From NCBI GenBank assembly GCA_045606105.1, contig JAZURI010000009.1, forward strand, positions 157-64,156: a DNA stretch of 64,000 nucleotides, given 5' to 3'. The position numbers were made by a program, and so were the translations under genes. This document shows, piece by piece, positions 27,504 through 37,719 of the stretch. This stretch comes from Spirochaetia bacterium (GTDB taxonomy: Bacteria; Spirochaetota; Spirochaetia; CADAEX01). Numbering within the stretch: position 1 is the first letter of the stretch; each line of letters begins with the position of its first letter. The notes under the pieces were generated by a model that saw only the letters and a list, made by a program, of their open reading frames with translations, was not told the origin of the DNA and searched no databases.

Positions 27504-28748
27504 ATGAGAAAGTTGTGGTGTACAGTTTTGATTCCTGTTATGATTTTCACATCCTGCATGACAGGTAACAGTGCGGTGGTTTCCGGTATGCCTCTTCCGG
27601 CTTCGGAAAATGTTGCGGAAGCAGTGGAACAGCCGATTTCCGATGAGCTTGAACAGGTCAATTCTCTGATCCGTCTGACCATGAAGGAAAATCCGGGCAA
27701 GATCATCATTTCCCTTTCGGGCGGAGAGAATACAAGGCGCTTTACCTTTGACAATCCCCGCAGCAATGTCCTGACCTTCAGTACATCATTTCTCGGATTC
27801 GATCCCGAAGATATCAAGGTTTTCTCCTGGGGCGGAATTGCCGAAGTGGAGTTCACCGTTGAAAAAATACCTGTATATTCAGATGGAAAGCCTCCTGTGG
27901 AACCGTTGCCTGCCGACTTCCGGGAGATTATCTATTCCGGTACCGGCGGATGGAGATACAGCGATTATGAAATCTACAGATGGGAAAGCTTCCCTGAAAT
28001 AATTGTTTTTGACATATTGAATTACGATATCCAGAGCTCCATGCTCAAGAGACTTTCCTTCTTTGTGGAAAAGAAGGGCTTTGCCGGAGAAATCCACAGC
28101 TTTGCGGAGCTTTCCGGAAAATCGGACTGGAATGCCCACAATTATCTGGCAAAGGATCTGGCAGCTTTCTTTACCCTGGCCGAAGAGAAGGGCATACATC
28201 TTACCTCCGGTGAAAAAAATCTCAGGAGCGCCCTGGTTGCAGCCGGTATCATTGAACCTGCCAAGGGAGGCAGCGGATATACCGGTATCAAAAACGGCGG
28301 TATCCTTTCCGTATCCCAGGAATCCAGGGTCTATCTCAGAAGTCTTCTGCTGAACCATGAAGGCTATCACGGTCTTTTCTATGCGGTACCTGAACTCAGG
28401 GACCTGGTTTTCGATGCATGGGAAAAGCTGATACCTGAAGCCAGGGAAATGTGGATCGATTATCTCCGTACCTCTGTATACTGGAACTACGATTACGAAA
28501 ACCAGTATCTGCTCAAGAACGAAATGCTGGGATATCTTATGCAGCAGCAGGATTTCGGCCGTTATTACGACGGTACCATGTTTCCCCGTGTTCTGAAGCA
28601 GTGTTCGGAAAAAGCTGATTACTATGTTGAAAAAAGCGATGCTGTAAGGGAAAGCTTCATGTCAATGGCGGGAACCATAGACGAGTTTCTGGGGACCAAC
28701 TACAATCTTGAGGCCGGCAATCTTTCCTATCTGAGGGAGCTGAAATAA
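27504..28748 (+). CDS. Hypothetical lipoprotein
   Basis: Signal peptide with lipobox-like IFTSC. 414 aa with no recognisable domain. Confidence 0.5.
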   Translation: MRKLWCTVLIPVMIFTSCMTGNSAVVSGMPLPASENVAEAVEQPISDELEQVNSLIRLTMKENPGKIIISLSGGENTRRFTFDNPRSNVLTFSTSFLGFDPEDIKVFSWGGIAEVEFTVEKIPVYSDGKPPVEPLPADFREIIYSGTGGWRYSDYEIYRWESFPEIIVFDILNYDIQSSMLKRLSFFVEKKGFAGEIHSFAELSGKSDWNAHNYLAKDLAAFFTLAEEKGIHLTSGEKNLRSALVAAGIIEPAKGGSGYTGIKNGGILSVSQESRVYLRSLLLNHEGYHGLFYAVPELRDLVFDAWEKLIPEAREMWIDYLRTSVYWNYDYENQYLLKNEMLGYLMQQQDFGRYYDGTMFPRVLKQCSEKADYYVEKSDAVRESFMSMAGTIDEFLGTNYNLEAGNLSYLRELK

Positions 28749-29362
28749 GAGCACATTCCCGAAAGTATGCATTCTCCGCATCCGGGCTTTCTGGCATGGC
28801 AGCATTTTCTTCCGTGAAGATTGGCGGTCATGGAGAATCTGTACTGCATTTCTGCCGGAAGCAGCTTCCTTATATCCTGTTCCACCTTGTCGGGATCTGT
28901 GTTTGAGGTCAGTCCCAGCCTGTATGTCACTCTCTTGAAATGGGTATCCACTATTACGGCCGGTGTGTCGAAAAGGGTTCCCACCACCACATTTGCAGTT
29001 TTTCTCCCTACGCCGGGCAGCTTTACAAGATCTTCGATGGTTCTCGGAACCCTGCCCCCGTGATTTTCGATAAGTGCAGCTGCTGTTCCCTTTATATTTT
29101 TTGCCTTTGAATGAAAAAAACCGGTGGTTCTTATCAGTTCCTCAATTTCTCCTATATCGCCCTGAGCCAGTGCCTCCGGGTCGGGAAACCTTGCGAAAAG
29201 GGCAGGCGCAGCCCTCATTACCTGCTCGTCAGTGGTCTGTGCACTCAGTATGACACATATCAGAAGCTCAAATTCATTGTTGAATTTCAGGAACTGAATC
29301 TCCTCCGGATAGTGATTATCCAGGGTTTCAGCTATTTTTTTACATTTTTTCTTCAGAACCAT
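28727..29362 (-). CDS. nth: Endonuclease III (DNA-(apurinic or apyrimidinic site) lyase)
   Basis: HhH-GPD motif LPGVGRKTANVV and a C-terminal four-Cys FeS cluster loop CxxxxxxCxxCxxxxxC. Confidence 0.9.
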   Translation of the reverse strand: MVLKKKCKKIAETLDNHYPEEIQFLKFNNEFELLICVILSAQTTDEQVMRAAPALFARFPDPEALAQGDIGEIEELIRTTGFFHSKAKNIKGTAAALIENHGGRVPRTIEDLVKLPGVGRKTANVVVGTLFDTPAVIVDTHFKRVTYRLGLTSNTDPDKVEQDIRKLLPAEMQYRFSMTANLHGRKCCHARKPGCGECILSGMCSYFSSLR

Positions 29363-29385
29363 GAAAATAAAATATCATTTACATC

Positions 29386-29414
29386 TTGACCGTGTAAAGA
29401 GAAATCTTTATACT
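29386..29414 (+). promoter_or_regulatory. Sigma70-type promoter of tRNA-Pro
   Basis: TTGACC-N17-TATACT, ending 12 bp before the tRNA 5' end. Confidence 0.6.
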
Positions 29415-29425
29415 AAACATCGTTA

Positions 29426-29498
29426 CGGAATGTGGCCCAGTGGCTAGGGCACCTGCTTTGGGAGCAGGGTATCGTGAGTTCGAGTCTCACCATTCCGA
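29426..29498 (+). tRNA. tRNA-Pro (anticodon UGG)
   Basis: Cloverleaf folded by hand: acceptor CGGAATG/CATTCCG; D-arm GCCC/GGGC; anticodon stem CCTGC/GCAGG with loop TTTGGGA; T-arm GTGAG-TTCGAGT-CTCAC; discriminator A. CCA is not encoded. Confidence 0.85.
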
Positions 29499-29500
29499 CT

Positions 29501-29527
29501 ATCCCGCTTTATGCGGGATTTTTTTTG
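29501..29527 (+). terminator. Rho-independent terminator after tRNA-Pro
   Basis: ATCCCGC-TTTAT-GCGGGAT followed by T8. Confidence 0.75.
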
Positions 29528-29537
29528 CCCTGATGCT

Positions 29538-31682
29538 TCAGATCTTTTTCCTGATTATCCAGCACTTGTGGATATTCTTGTTTCTTCCGAAATCGAACGG
29601 AATGGACTCCTTGGTAATATCCTTTATTTCAAACCTGTCTGACAGATCCTCATCCAACCTGAATTTTCTGTAGTTGTTAGAGAAAAGAATGGTTCCGTCA
29701 TCCTTCAGTGAATTTTCTGCCAGGAGAAGAAGAATCCTGTGATCTCTCTGTACATCAAAAATATCCTCCCTGCTTTTTGAATTGGAGAATGTAGGGGGAT
29801 CTATGAAGATGAAATCATATTTCTTTCTCGATTTTTTCAGGAATTCGATACAGTCCTCCCTGACAAAGCTGTGCTTTTCGGGATTGAAGCCGTTAAGGAT
29901 GAAATTTCTTTTTCCCCACTCCAGGTAGGTGGCCGATGTATCCACGCTGGTGGTTTCGGTTGCTCCCCCTGCAGCGGCATGAACCGATGCAGTACATGTA
30001 TAAGAGAAGAGATTCAGCATGGATTTTCCGCTGCAGCTCTCCTTGATAAGCTTTCTTACCAGCCTGTGATCCAGGAAAATTCCGGTATCCAGGTAGTCGT
30101 TGAAGTTGACCCACAGCTGCAGACCGTTTTCCCGTACGGTGTGGAAGGAGCCGGTTTCCCCCTCTTTCATATACTGGGCCGAGCCCTTCTGCTTTTCCCT
30201 TCTTCTGATAAATATCTCTCTGTCCGGGAACTGCTCTCTCAGGACTCTTTCCATCTCCTTCACCCTTCTTTTTGTTTTCTGGGGGTCGATATATGCCGGT
30301 GCGGCATACTCCTGGAGATATATCCATTTATCCTCGTAGATATCGATGGCAGCCGAATAATCGGGAAGATCCGCATCATAGAGCCTGTAGCAGGTTATGC
30401 CGTTCTTCCGGGCCGGTTTTCCGATCAGCCTGAGATTCTTTACTATCCTGTTTGCAAACATCTGTGCACTCTGGGACAGCTGATGGGTGTGTTCCTCCCG
30501 GTATGCCGAATTTATGCTGAAAACAGCAGAGATACATTCGATAGGACCGTTGTACAGCTTGTTTATCCTGGAGGCCTTGAGTCCTGTTTTTCTGGCCAGC
30601 TCCTCGTCGCCTGTGATGAAGATTCCTTTCCAGCCCTCAAACCGTTCCTTGAATACGGCTCCCATGTCTGCATAGAGCTTCAGCACATCGTCCCAGGCTC
30701 CCAGTCTTTCGCCGTAAGGTGGGTTGACCCCGATAAGGCCCGGTTTTCCGGCAGCCGCCTCAGGAACAGAGAGCTTATGTATATCCTTTTTTGCAATGGT
30801 TATCTTGTCCAGCAGCTCCGGATAGAAGGAAAAAGCCTTGGAAACATTCTTTCTGGCGGCGTGGACAGCATCGGTATTGCAGTCGTAGCCGAAAAGGGGA
30901 GGTACCTTGTCGATATTTTCGCTGATTGCGGCATCTGCCTCCTTTCTGAGGGATTCCCAGAGTGCCCTGTCAAATTTTTTCCAGTACTTGAAGCAGAAGT
31001 AGCTTCTTTCCAGAGCAGGAGGTATTTTTGCTGCCATCATGGCTGCCTCTATTACCAGTGTTCCGGAGCCGCACATAGGGTCGATAAAGCTGCCCCCGTC
31101 TGCAGATACCCCTTCCCAGCCTCCGCGGTAAAGGAGGGCTGCTGCCGCATTTTCCTTGAGCGGGGCCTCCACATGGGCTATTCTGTAGCCTCGTCTGTGA
31201 AGCGAGTTTCCTGTCATGTCCAGGCTTACGGTTGCATGGTTTCTTTCTATAAACAGATTTATCCTGATATCGGGAGAATCGGTTTCCACGAAGGGGCGTC
31301 TTCCCGTATTCTTCCTGAAGCTGTCGGCAATTCCGTCCTTGAGGACAAGGGAGGTGTAGGAGCTGTTCCTGAAGCTTCCCGTAACCAGGGCCGAATCCAC
31401 GGCAAAGGTTCTGGATACATCAAACACGGAACTCCAGTCAAAATCTGCGGCCATCCTGTAGATATCATCCTCTCTGTAGACATCTGCTTCGAAAAGGGTT
31501 AGGAGCACCTTGGAGGCTACCCTGGACCAGAGGCAGACCTTGAGTCCCTCCTTCTGGGTGCCGGTAAAGGTTACATTTCCCTTTCCGATCCTGTATCTTG
31601 AGATGCCCAGAGCTTCCAATTCCCTGGCTGCAATGCTTTCGTATCCGTTGGCCGATGTTACGGTAAATCTGTATAAATCCAT
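29538..31682 (-). CDS. rlmKL: 23S rRNA (m2G2445/m7G2069) methyltransferase RlmKL (fused RlmL/RlmK)
   Basis: 714 aa. N-terminal THUMP domain plus SAM methyltransferase (IDPMCGSGTL...NPPYG) and a second C-terminal methyltransferase domain. Confidence 0.85.
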   Translation of the reverse strand: MDLYRFTVTSANGYESIAARELEALGISRYRIGKGNVTFTGTQKEGLKVCLWSRVASKVLLTLFEADVYREDDIYRMAADFDWSSVFDVSRTFAVDSALVTGSFRNSSYTSLVLKDGIADSFRKNTGRRPFVETDSPDIRINLFIERNHATVSLDMTGNSLHRRGYRIAHVEAPLKENAAAALLYRGGWEGVSADGGSFIDPMCGSGTLVIEAAMMAAKIPPALERSYFCFKYWKKFDRALWESLRKEADAAISENIDKVPPLFGYDCNTDAVHAARKNVSKAFSFYPELLDKITIAKKDIHKLSVPEAAAGKPGLIGVNPPYGERLGAWDDVLKLYADMGAVFKERFEGWKGIFITGDEELARKTGLKASRINKLYNGPIECISAVFSINSAYREEHTHQLSQSAQMFANRIVKNLRLIGKPARKNGITCYRLYDADLPDYSAAIDIYEDKWIYLQEYAAPAYIDPQKTKRRVKEMERVLREQFPDREIFIRRREKQKGSAQYMKEGETGSFHTVRENGLQLWVNFNDYLDTGIFLDHRLVRKLIKESCSGKSMLNLFSYTCTASVHAAAGGATETTSVDTSATYLEWGKRNFILNGFNPEKHSFVREDCIEFLKKSRKKYDFIFIDPPTFSNSKSREDIFDVQRDHRILLLLAENSLKDDGTILFSNNYRKFRLDEDLSDRFEIKDITKESIPFDFGRNKNIHKCWIIRKKI

Positions 31683-31758
31683 ATCTTACGATAACTTTTT
31701 TTTTCAACAGAAACAAGTGCAGGTTGTATTTTGCCCATATTTATTTTATTCTTGATAT

Positions 31759-34089
31759 ATGGAAAGAAAAATGCCTCTTATACTGGCTCCGGCCGGGGAC
31801 TACGACTGTGCCAGGGCCGCCGTTCTGGCAGGTGCCGATGCAATATACATGGGTCTTAAAAAGTTCAATGCCCGGGAAAGGGCCTCAAACCTGGATACGG
31901 AACAGCTGAAAAATATTGTCTCCATAGCCCACAGCCGGGGAGTGCAGGTTTTTGTAACCATGAATACCCTCCTGACAGAGGAGGAGCTTTATGAGGCCTT
32001 TGATTGTGCTGCCGGAATCTGCAGTGCGGGAGCCGATGCCCTCATAGTTCAGGACCCCGGCCTTGCCTATGTTCTAAGCCGTTATCTGCCGGAACTGGAA
32101 CTCCATGCCTCCACCCAGATGACCACCAACAATTCCCTGCAGGTGGATTTCCTGAAAAAGCTTGGTATCAGTAATGTCAACTTTGCCCGGGAGCTCTCAT
32201 TTCAGGAACTGAAGGATATAACCGCATATACGAAATCCCTGGGGCTTACGGCCGAAATCTTTGTCCACGGAGCCTACTGCATCTCCTGTTCGGGAATCTG
32301 CTACATGAGCTCCTTTATCTCCTCCCAGGCGGGAAACCGGGGAAAATGTCTCCAACCCTGCCGCCGTCGCTACAGTCTGACACCGGAAGGGGAAAAAAGC
32401 TATTTTCTCAGCCTCAAGGACAACAATGCCCTGGATAATCTGGAAAAGGTGCTGGAAACCGGTGCCGATTCCCTTAAAATCGAGGGGCGTATAAAAAATT
32501 TCAATTATGTATACACCACTGTCTCTGCATGGAGGGAAAAGCTGGACCGGATCTTCGGTCGTCCCGTAAAGGGGGAGGAATCCGATGTGGGCAAGGTCTT
32601 CAACCGGGGCTTCAGCACAGGCTATTTTGATGACGACATTTCTCCCGATATGTTTGTGGAGTCTCCGCTGGACCAGTCCATGGTTGAGGTGGGACAGGTT
32701 GTCTCCTATTCTGCCGATAAAAAGGAGCTGCTTCTGGATGATGCCGCAGATATTTCCGACGGAAGCAGAATCAGCATCTACACTCCGGAAAATTCCTTTG
32801 TATGCAGTGCAGCGGTAAAGGGCTCTGTTTCCCCGGGCTGCTATAGGATAGAAATAGAAAATCTCCTTTACGGCAAGATCCTGAAGGGGCAGATTGTCAC
32901 CATGCTGCCGGACCAGGAGCGGATGGGCCGGATCAGGGAGCAGATAGATTCCGTGGTCCCGGAAGCTCTGTTCTACGATGCGAAGGTCCGGGCCGAAGAG
33001 GGAAAGCCTCTGAAGGCGGTGTTCAGTCTCGGAGGCCGTTCCATTGAGGTCTGCAGCTCCGTACCTCTTGAAAGGGCGGTAAACAGAGGGCTGACAGCCG
33101 AAGGTATAAAAACCCAGTTCGAAAAGAGCGGCGATCCTCTTCTCCGGCTGGGTAGCCTGACAGCCGAAGGACTTGAACAGGGTTTCTTTCTCTCTGTCCG
33201 GGAGCTTAACGGCATGAGAAGGGAGGCCCTGGATAAGTTGGTTTCCGGTGAAAACTGTTCACAGGCCCGTCCTGAACGCATCGGTTATGAGGTGGTCAGA
33301 AACAAGAAGCTGGCTGTTCTGGTTTCATCCCCGGAGGACAGAAGATTGTTTCAGGGCTGTGCCGACATGATTTTTACCGAGGGTGAAAACTGGTTTGCCC
33401 CTTTCATACCGGACAGCGAGCTTCCGGCCGCAACGGAGGCCCTGGAAAAAAGGCCTGAATATATTGTTTCCGACAATGTGGGAATCGGTCTCCGGGCGGC
33501 GGAAATGGGTATAAAATGGATTGCCGGCCCTATGCTGAACAGCACCAACAGCTATGCCCTCCGGGCTTACCGGGAGGTGGCCGGAGCCTCCGGAGCCTTC
33601 CTTTCCCAGGAGCTTAACAGCGAACAGCTGAAGCAGATCACCGCTCCGGAGGATTTTCTTCTGTTTGCCCAGGCTTTCGGTCCCATAACCATGATGTCCA
33701 CCCGGCAGTGTCTCATAGCCTCGGCCGGAAAATGCAGGAGCGGACGGAACAGGTTTACCGAAAAATGCCGGAGCTGCAGTGCCTATGAGAAATTCTACGA
33801 TGAAAAGAATATCCCTTTCCATGTGGTAAAAACCCCGGGTCAGATAAACAGGGTCTTCAATGACAGCCTTTTCTTCCTGCCGGAGCTCTGCAGGGATGTG
33901 AATGCAGATTATCTGCTTCTGGATTTCAGGCAGCTTCCGTTTGTCAGTTTCACGGACCGGGAGAAAAAGGAAATCTTCAATTATTTTGCATCTCTCATAA
34001 AAACCGGAAAGAACGATAGGGATAAGGCCGATGCGGTAAAACGGATAGCAGGAGCTGTTACCAGGGGTAATTTCCGCAGGGGCTTCTGA
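31759..34089 (+). CDS. Peptidase U32 family protein (collagenase-like), extended form
   Basis: N-terminus MPLILAPAGDYDCARAAVLAGADAIYMG with the U32 signature region. 776 aa. Confidence 0.75.
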   Translation: MERKMPLILAPAGDYDCARAAVLAGADAIYMGLKKFNARERASNLDTEQLKNIVSIAHSRGVQVFVTMNTLLTEEELYEAFDCAAGICSAGADALIVQDPGLAYVLSRYLPELELHASTQMTTNNSLQVDFLKKLGISNVNFARELSFQELKDITAYTKSLGLTAEIFVHGAYCISCSGICYMSSFISSQAGNRGKCLQPCRRRYSLTPEGEKSYFLSLKDNNALDNLEKVLETGADSLKIEGRIKNFNYVYTTVSAWREKLDRIFGRPVKGEESDVGKVFNRGFSTGYFDDDISPDMFVESPLDQSMVEVGQVVSYSADKKELLLDDAADISDGSRISIYTPENSFVCSAAVKGSVSPGCYRIEIENLLYGKILKGQIVTMLPDQERMGRIREQIDSVVPEALFYDAKVRAEEGKPLKAVFSLGGRSIEVCSSVPLERAVNRGLTAEGIKTQFEKSGDPLLRLGSLTAEGLEQGFFLSVRELNGMRREALDKLVSGENCSQARPERIGYEVVRNKKLAVLVSSPEDRRLFQGCADMIFTEGENWFAPFIPDSELPAATEALEKRPEYIVSDNVGIGLRAAEMGIKWIAGPMLNSTNSYALRAYREVAGASGAFLSQELNSEQLKQITAPEDFLLFAQAFGPITMMSTRQCLIASAGKCRSGRNRFTEKCRSCSAYEKFYDEKNIPFHVVKTPGQINRVFNDSLFFLPELCRDVNADYLLLDFRQLPFVSFTDREKKEIFNYFASLIKTGKNDRDKADAVKRIAGAVTRGNFRRGF

Positions 34090-34139
34090 TGGGGATATGT
34101 GTAATTGACTTGTGTCGGTAAAGCTGATAAAATAAAAGA

Positions 34140-34625
34140 ATGCAAAAAGTGATTTTTCCCGGATCCTTTGACCCGGTTACAAACGGACATCTTAATGTTA
34201 TAGACAGAGCTGCAAAGATTTTCGACAAGATTGAAGTTGTAATATCAGTCAATCACCAGAAGAAATATCTTTTTTCGGTTGAAGAGCGCTACGATATGCT
34301 TGAAAAGCTGACAGCGCATTACGGCAATGTTCATATTTCGGTATGGGACAAGCTTATAGTTGATTTTGCCGAAAAGATCGGAACCTACCTTTTTATCAGA
34401 GGGGTAAGATCTACAGGGGATTTCAACTACGAATTCGAGCTTTCTCTCATGAACAGAGGGCTTAATCACAAGATTGATACCCTGTTCATTCCCACCGATA
34501 CAGAGTATTCTCTGCTGAGATCCTCGGCCATAAAGGAGCTGGCCTATTTCGGAGGTGATATCTCCAAAATGGTTCCTCCGATTGTGGAAAAAGCTCTCAA
34601 GGCAAAAATGGCAAAGGGTTCTTGA
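34140..34625 (+). CDS. coaD: Phosphopantetheine adenylyltransferase
   Basis: [13 protein letters not shown] nucleotidyltransferase motif. 161 aa. Confidence 0.9.
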   Translation: MQKVIFPGSFDPVTNGHLNVIDRAAKIFDKIEVVISVNHQKKYLFSVEERYDMLEKLTAHYGNVHISVWDKLIVDFAEKIGTYLFIRGVRSTGDFNYEFELSLMNRGLNHKIDTLFIPTDTEYSLLRSSAIKELAYFGGDISKMVPPIVEKALKAKMAKGS

Positions 34626-34716
34626 CATATTGTTCTGTATGGGATAAATTTATTTATTGCATAATCAATATTATGGAAATTTATTATATTAACATATTAT
34701 TTAAGAGGTAATTAAA

Positions 34717-34905
34717 ATGGCAGTACCTAAAAGAAAGCCTTCAAAAGCAAGAAGCAGAAGAAGAGAAGCTATAAATATGAGAATGGAAAGCCCGGCTCTT
34801 ACAGAATGCTCAACATGCGGAAACAAGGTTGCACGTCATCAGGTTTGTCCTAAGTGCGGTTTCTATAAAGGCAAACAGTATCTTGATCTCGAAGACATGG
34901 CTTGA
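34717..34905 (+). CDS. rpmF: 50S ribosomal protein L32
   Basis: MAVPKRKPSKARSRRR start and a CxxC...CxxC zinc ribbon. Confidence 0.9.
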   Translation: MAVPKRKPSKARSRRREAINMRMESPALTECSTCGNKVARHQVCPKCGFYKGKQYLDLEDMA

Positions 34906-34919
34906 TCGGGAGGATTTTG

Positions 34920-35156
34920 ATGGACGAAGTATTTGAAAAAGTAAAAGCAATTATCGCTGAAAAACTTGATATTGAAGAAAACAGAGTTACTCTCGAAGCT
35001 TCATTCCGCCAGGATCTCGGAGCAGACAGCCTCGACACATATGAACTCATCTATGCTCTTGAAGAGGAACTCGGTATTCAGATTCCGGATGAAAAAGCCA
35101 ACGAATTTGAAACTGTAGGCAACGCTGTAGACTTTATTAAGTCGGTGGTAAAATAA
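34920..35156 (+). CDS. acpP: Acyl carrier protein
   Basis: LGADSLD phosphopantetheine attachment motif. Start set at MDEVFEK after a GGGAGG RBS; the ORF-track start is 6 codons upstream. Confidence 0.9.
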   Translation: MDEVFEKVKAIIAEKLDIEENRVTLEASFRQDLGADSLDTYELIYALEEELGIQIPDEKANEFETVGNAVDFIKSVVK

Positions 35157-35234
35157 ACGATTTTTACATTTAATTCACAGAAAAAAATCTCAATTAAAGC
35201 TCCCCGCATTGATGCAAAAAGACGAAGGGAGCTT

Positions 35235-35990
35235 ATGTTATTTCAAAATCAGGTAGGTCTTGAATTTTACGACATGGACCTTCTTAATCTTGCTTTCTGT
35301 CACAGATCCTACGTAAATGAAAGCAACGAGGATATTGAGAATAACGAAAAACTCGAATTTCTGGGTGACTCCGTACTGGGGCTTATCACCAGTGAGTATC
35401 TTTTTACCAATTTCCCTGAAAAGGCAGAGGGAGAGCTGGCCAGGATCAAATCCTTTGTCGTAAGCGAAAACACCCTCAGCAAGATTGCAAAGGTAATCAA
35501 GATTGATAACTTCATCCTTATCGGAAAGGGGGAGGAGTACTCCGGGGGAAGGGCAAAGAAGGCTATTCTTGCAGACTGCATGGAGGCCATGATCGGTGCT
35601 TACTATCTGGATTCGGGGCTCAAGAATGTCCGCGATTTCATGATCGGCTATCTGGTGCCGGAAATCATGTGCGTTATTGAGGATAAGCACGAAAAGGATT
35701 ACAAGACTCTTCTTCAGGAATATATCCAGAAAAACTTCAAAACCTGTCCTAAATACAAGATGATCAAGAAAATAGGGCCGGACCATGACAAGACCTTCCT
35801 GGTTGAGGTTCGTATCAAGGACTCTGTTTTCGGACCGGGAGAGGGAAAAAACAAGAAGGCGGCTGAACAGAATGCAGCCTGCATTGCCTATAGCGAATAC
35901 ATGAAGAGTGAGGCTGAAGGCTTGGATCCGGAGCTGACAGTGGGAAATCTTGAATCCACCGAAGAGACTGACCCGGAATCTGAAGAATAA
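35235..35990 (+). CDS. rnc: Ribonuclease III
   Basis: ERLEFLGDSVL catalytic signature and a C-terminal dsRBD. Confidence 0.9.
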   Translation: MLFQNQVGLEFYDMDLLNLAFCHRSYVNESNEDIENNEKLEFLGDSVLGLITSEYLFTNFPEKAEGELARIKSFVVSENTLSKIAKVIKIDNFILIGKGEEYSGGRAKKAILADCMEAMIGAYYLDSGLKNVRDFMIGYLVPEIMCVIEDKHEKDYKTLLQEYIQKNFKTCPKYKMIKKIGPDHDKTFLVEVRIKDSVFGPGEGKNKKAAEQNAACIAYSEYMKSEAEGLDPELTVGNLESTEETDPESEE

Positions 35991-36009
35991 TTACTTTTCA
36001 GTATAGCGC

Positions 36010-37293
36010 TTATTTATTGGAAGGCATCCGTCTTTCAAGCTTAACCATCTGCTCTGCAACTTTTTTTATCTCATCCCTGAGTACGAAGATACAGTCGGTT
36101 TTCTGTGCCTTGCCTGTAACAATGTCCTCTGCCAGGGAACGGCAGGTCGGTGCTCCGCAGGAGCCGCAGTCCAGACCCGGAAGTGTTTCGCAGATTTCTT
36201 CTATTTCATCCATCATCTTTATGGCAACTGAAAGATCCTCGGAAAGCTTGAGAATAGGACGGGAATAGATTTCCTTTGTCCATGAGATGTCAAAGTTAGG
36301 CGGCATGACAGATGTAGATTCGTTGCTGCAGTTTTCTATGATATGCTTCATTCTGGATTTTGCCACAAAAGGGTTTTCCACGGTAAGGGTTCCACCTACG
36401 CAACCCCCCGGACAGGCCATGGCTTCGATAAAGTCTATACAGGAAAAATCCTCGGTCTCAATCTGCTCAAGAACCTTGATTACATTTGAAATACCATCCA
36501 CGGCAATACTTCTCTGAGGACCGATAGCCTCGCTTTCGCCGTCGTTGTGACCCCATTTTATGCCGTTCCCCGAAGCTCTGGAAAGAGGTTCCGGTTTGGC
36601 GATGGTCTTGATGAGCTTACGCAGTGCAGGATAGATATCCTTCTGGGCTATTACGCCGTCTACAGCCGATTCCTCGTCTCCCAGAGGGGATCTGACACTG
36701 GTTATCTTTGCAGGACAAGGAGAGATAAAGAATACCCCGATGTTTTTCTTGTCCGGATAAAGCTGATGCTTTACTATTCTTGCCGCAATTTCCATAGGTG
36801 TCTGGAGCTTGATTACATGCTCGATAAGGCTTGGAAAGCGGACCTGTATGAGCCTTACCACCGCCGGACAGGAGGATGATATGAGAGGTCTCGGATAGTT
36901 GCCCTTGGATATGAGCTCTGCTGTGGCCAGGGATGCAATTTCAGCGGCGCTGGCTACCTCGTATACATCATCAAAGCCGAAAGCCTTCAATGCAGTAAGG
37001 ACTGTATCTACGGAAACCTTCTTGAACTGACCGTAGAAGCTCGGTGCCGGAATGGCAACCTTGAAATCGTATTTGTTGATTATATCCAGCGGATCGCTTA
37101 CCGCTTTCTTGGCATGTGACGGGCACTTTCTGATACATTCACCGCAGTCAATACATTTCTGGGAAAGAATGATAGCTTTGCCGTCCCGGACCCTGATGGC
37201 CTCGGTAGGGCATTCTGAGATACAGTTTGTGCATCCCTTGCACAGTTCCTTTTCCAATGTTACTGAATGAAAATACTCTGCTGCCATAACCAA
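36010..37293 (-). CDS. [FeFe]-hydrogenase-like sensory/regulatory protein (H-cluster domain plus ferredoxin-like and C-terminal 4-Cys domains)
   Basis: Two CxxCxxCxxxCP ferredoxin motifs. H-cluster motifs SSSCPAV (L1), SPCPAK (L2) and EAMACPGGCVGG (L3). C-terminal CGSCGAPTC. Confidence 0.7.
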   Translation of the reverse strand: MVMAAEYFHSVTLEKELCKGCTNCISECPTEAIRVRDGKAIILSQKCIDCGECIRKCPSHAKKAVSDPLDIINKYDFKVAIPAPSFYGQFKKVSVDTVLTALKAFGFDDVYEVASAAEIASLATAELISKGNYPRPLISSSCPAVVRLIQVRFPSLIEHVIKLQTPMEIAARIVKHQLYPDKKNIGVFFISPCPAKITSVRSPLGDEESAVDGVIAQKDIYPALRKLIKTIAKPEPLSRASGNGIKWGHNDGESEAIGPQRSIAVDGISNVIKVLEQIETEDFSCIDFIEAMACPGGCVGGTLTVENPFVAKSRMKHIIENCSNESTSVMPPNFDISWTKEIYSRPILKLSEDLSVAIKMMDEIEEICETLPGLDCGSCGAPTCRSLAEDIVTGKAQKTDCIFVLRDEIKKVAEQMVKLERRMPSNK

Positions 37294-37299
37294 TCCTGT

Positions 37300-37713
37300 C
37301 TATTTTATTTTTACTGTAATCGTAACTATTGTTCCTACTCCGGGTTTGGTTTCAATTTCCAGGGAATCTGAATTTTTCTTGATATTCGGAAGTCCCATAC
37401 CGGCTCCGAAGCCCATTTCCCTGATTGCATCAGTGGCGGTTGAATATCCCTCCTGCATTGCAAGATTCAGATCCGGGATACCCGGTCCATGATCCACAAG
37501 AACGCATTTTATCTGGTTCGGGTCTACATCTATGGTAATGTCTCCGCCACCTCCGTGGATAACCATGTTGATTTCTGCTTCGTAAAGAGCAATTACACTC
37601 TTCTTGATGATTGCGTTATCAACTCCGATCTGCTGAAGCTTTTTCTTCAATGTTGTGGAGCCGACTCCCGCCAGATCCATGTCTCCTTCCGGAACAGTAA
37701 ACTTAAGTTGCAT
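37300..37713 (-). CDS. Anti-sigma-factor-type Ser/Thr kinase (RsbW/SpoIIAB-like GHKL ATPase)
   Basis: EAEINMVIHG (N-box), DHGPGIP (G1) and GFGAGMGLPNI (G2). 137 aa. Confidence 0.7.
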   Translation of the reverse strand: MQLKFTVPEGDMDLAGVGSTTLKKKLQQIGVDNAIIKKSVIALYEAEINMVIHGGGGDITIDVDPNQIKCVLVDHGPGIPDLNLAMQEGYSTATDAIREMGFGAGMGLPNIKKNSDSLEIETKPGVGTIVTITVKIK

Positions 37714-37719
37714 AAATCT

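Noticed and set aside
29426-29498. tRNA-Pro as the island integration site
   Set aside because: The tRNA is about 5 kb from the right island boundary, with serA, serC, rex, a lipoprotein gene and nth in between. No integrase is present.
29871-31502. 543-aa plus-strand ORF
   Set aside because: Lies antisense within rlmKL, which has clear THUMP and methyltransferase motifs on the minus strand. A long antisense ORF is an expected artefact in GC-moderate coding sequence.
34622-34650. Promoter call for rpmF (TTGACA-N17-TAAATT)
   Set aside because: The -35 element is good but the -10 is weak, and several AT-rich alternatives exist. Left out of the feature list.
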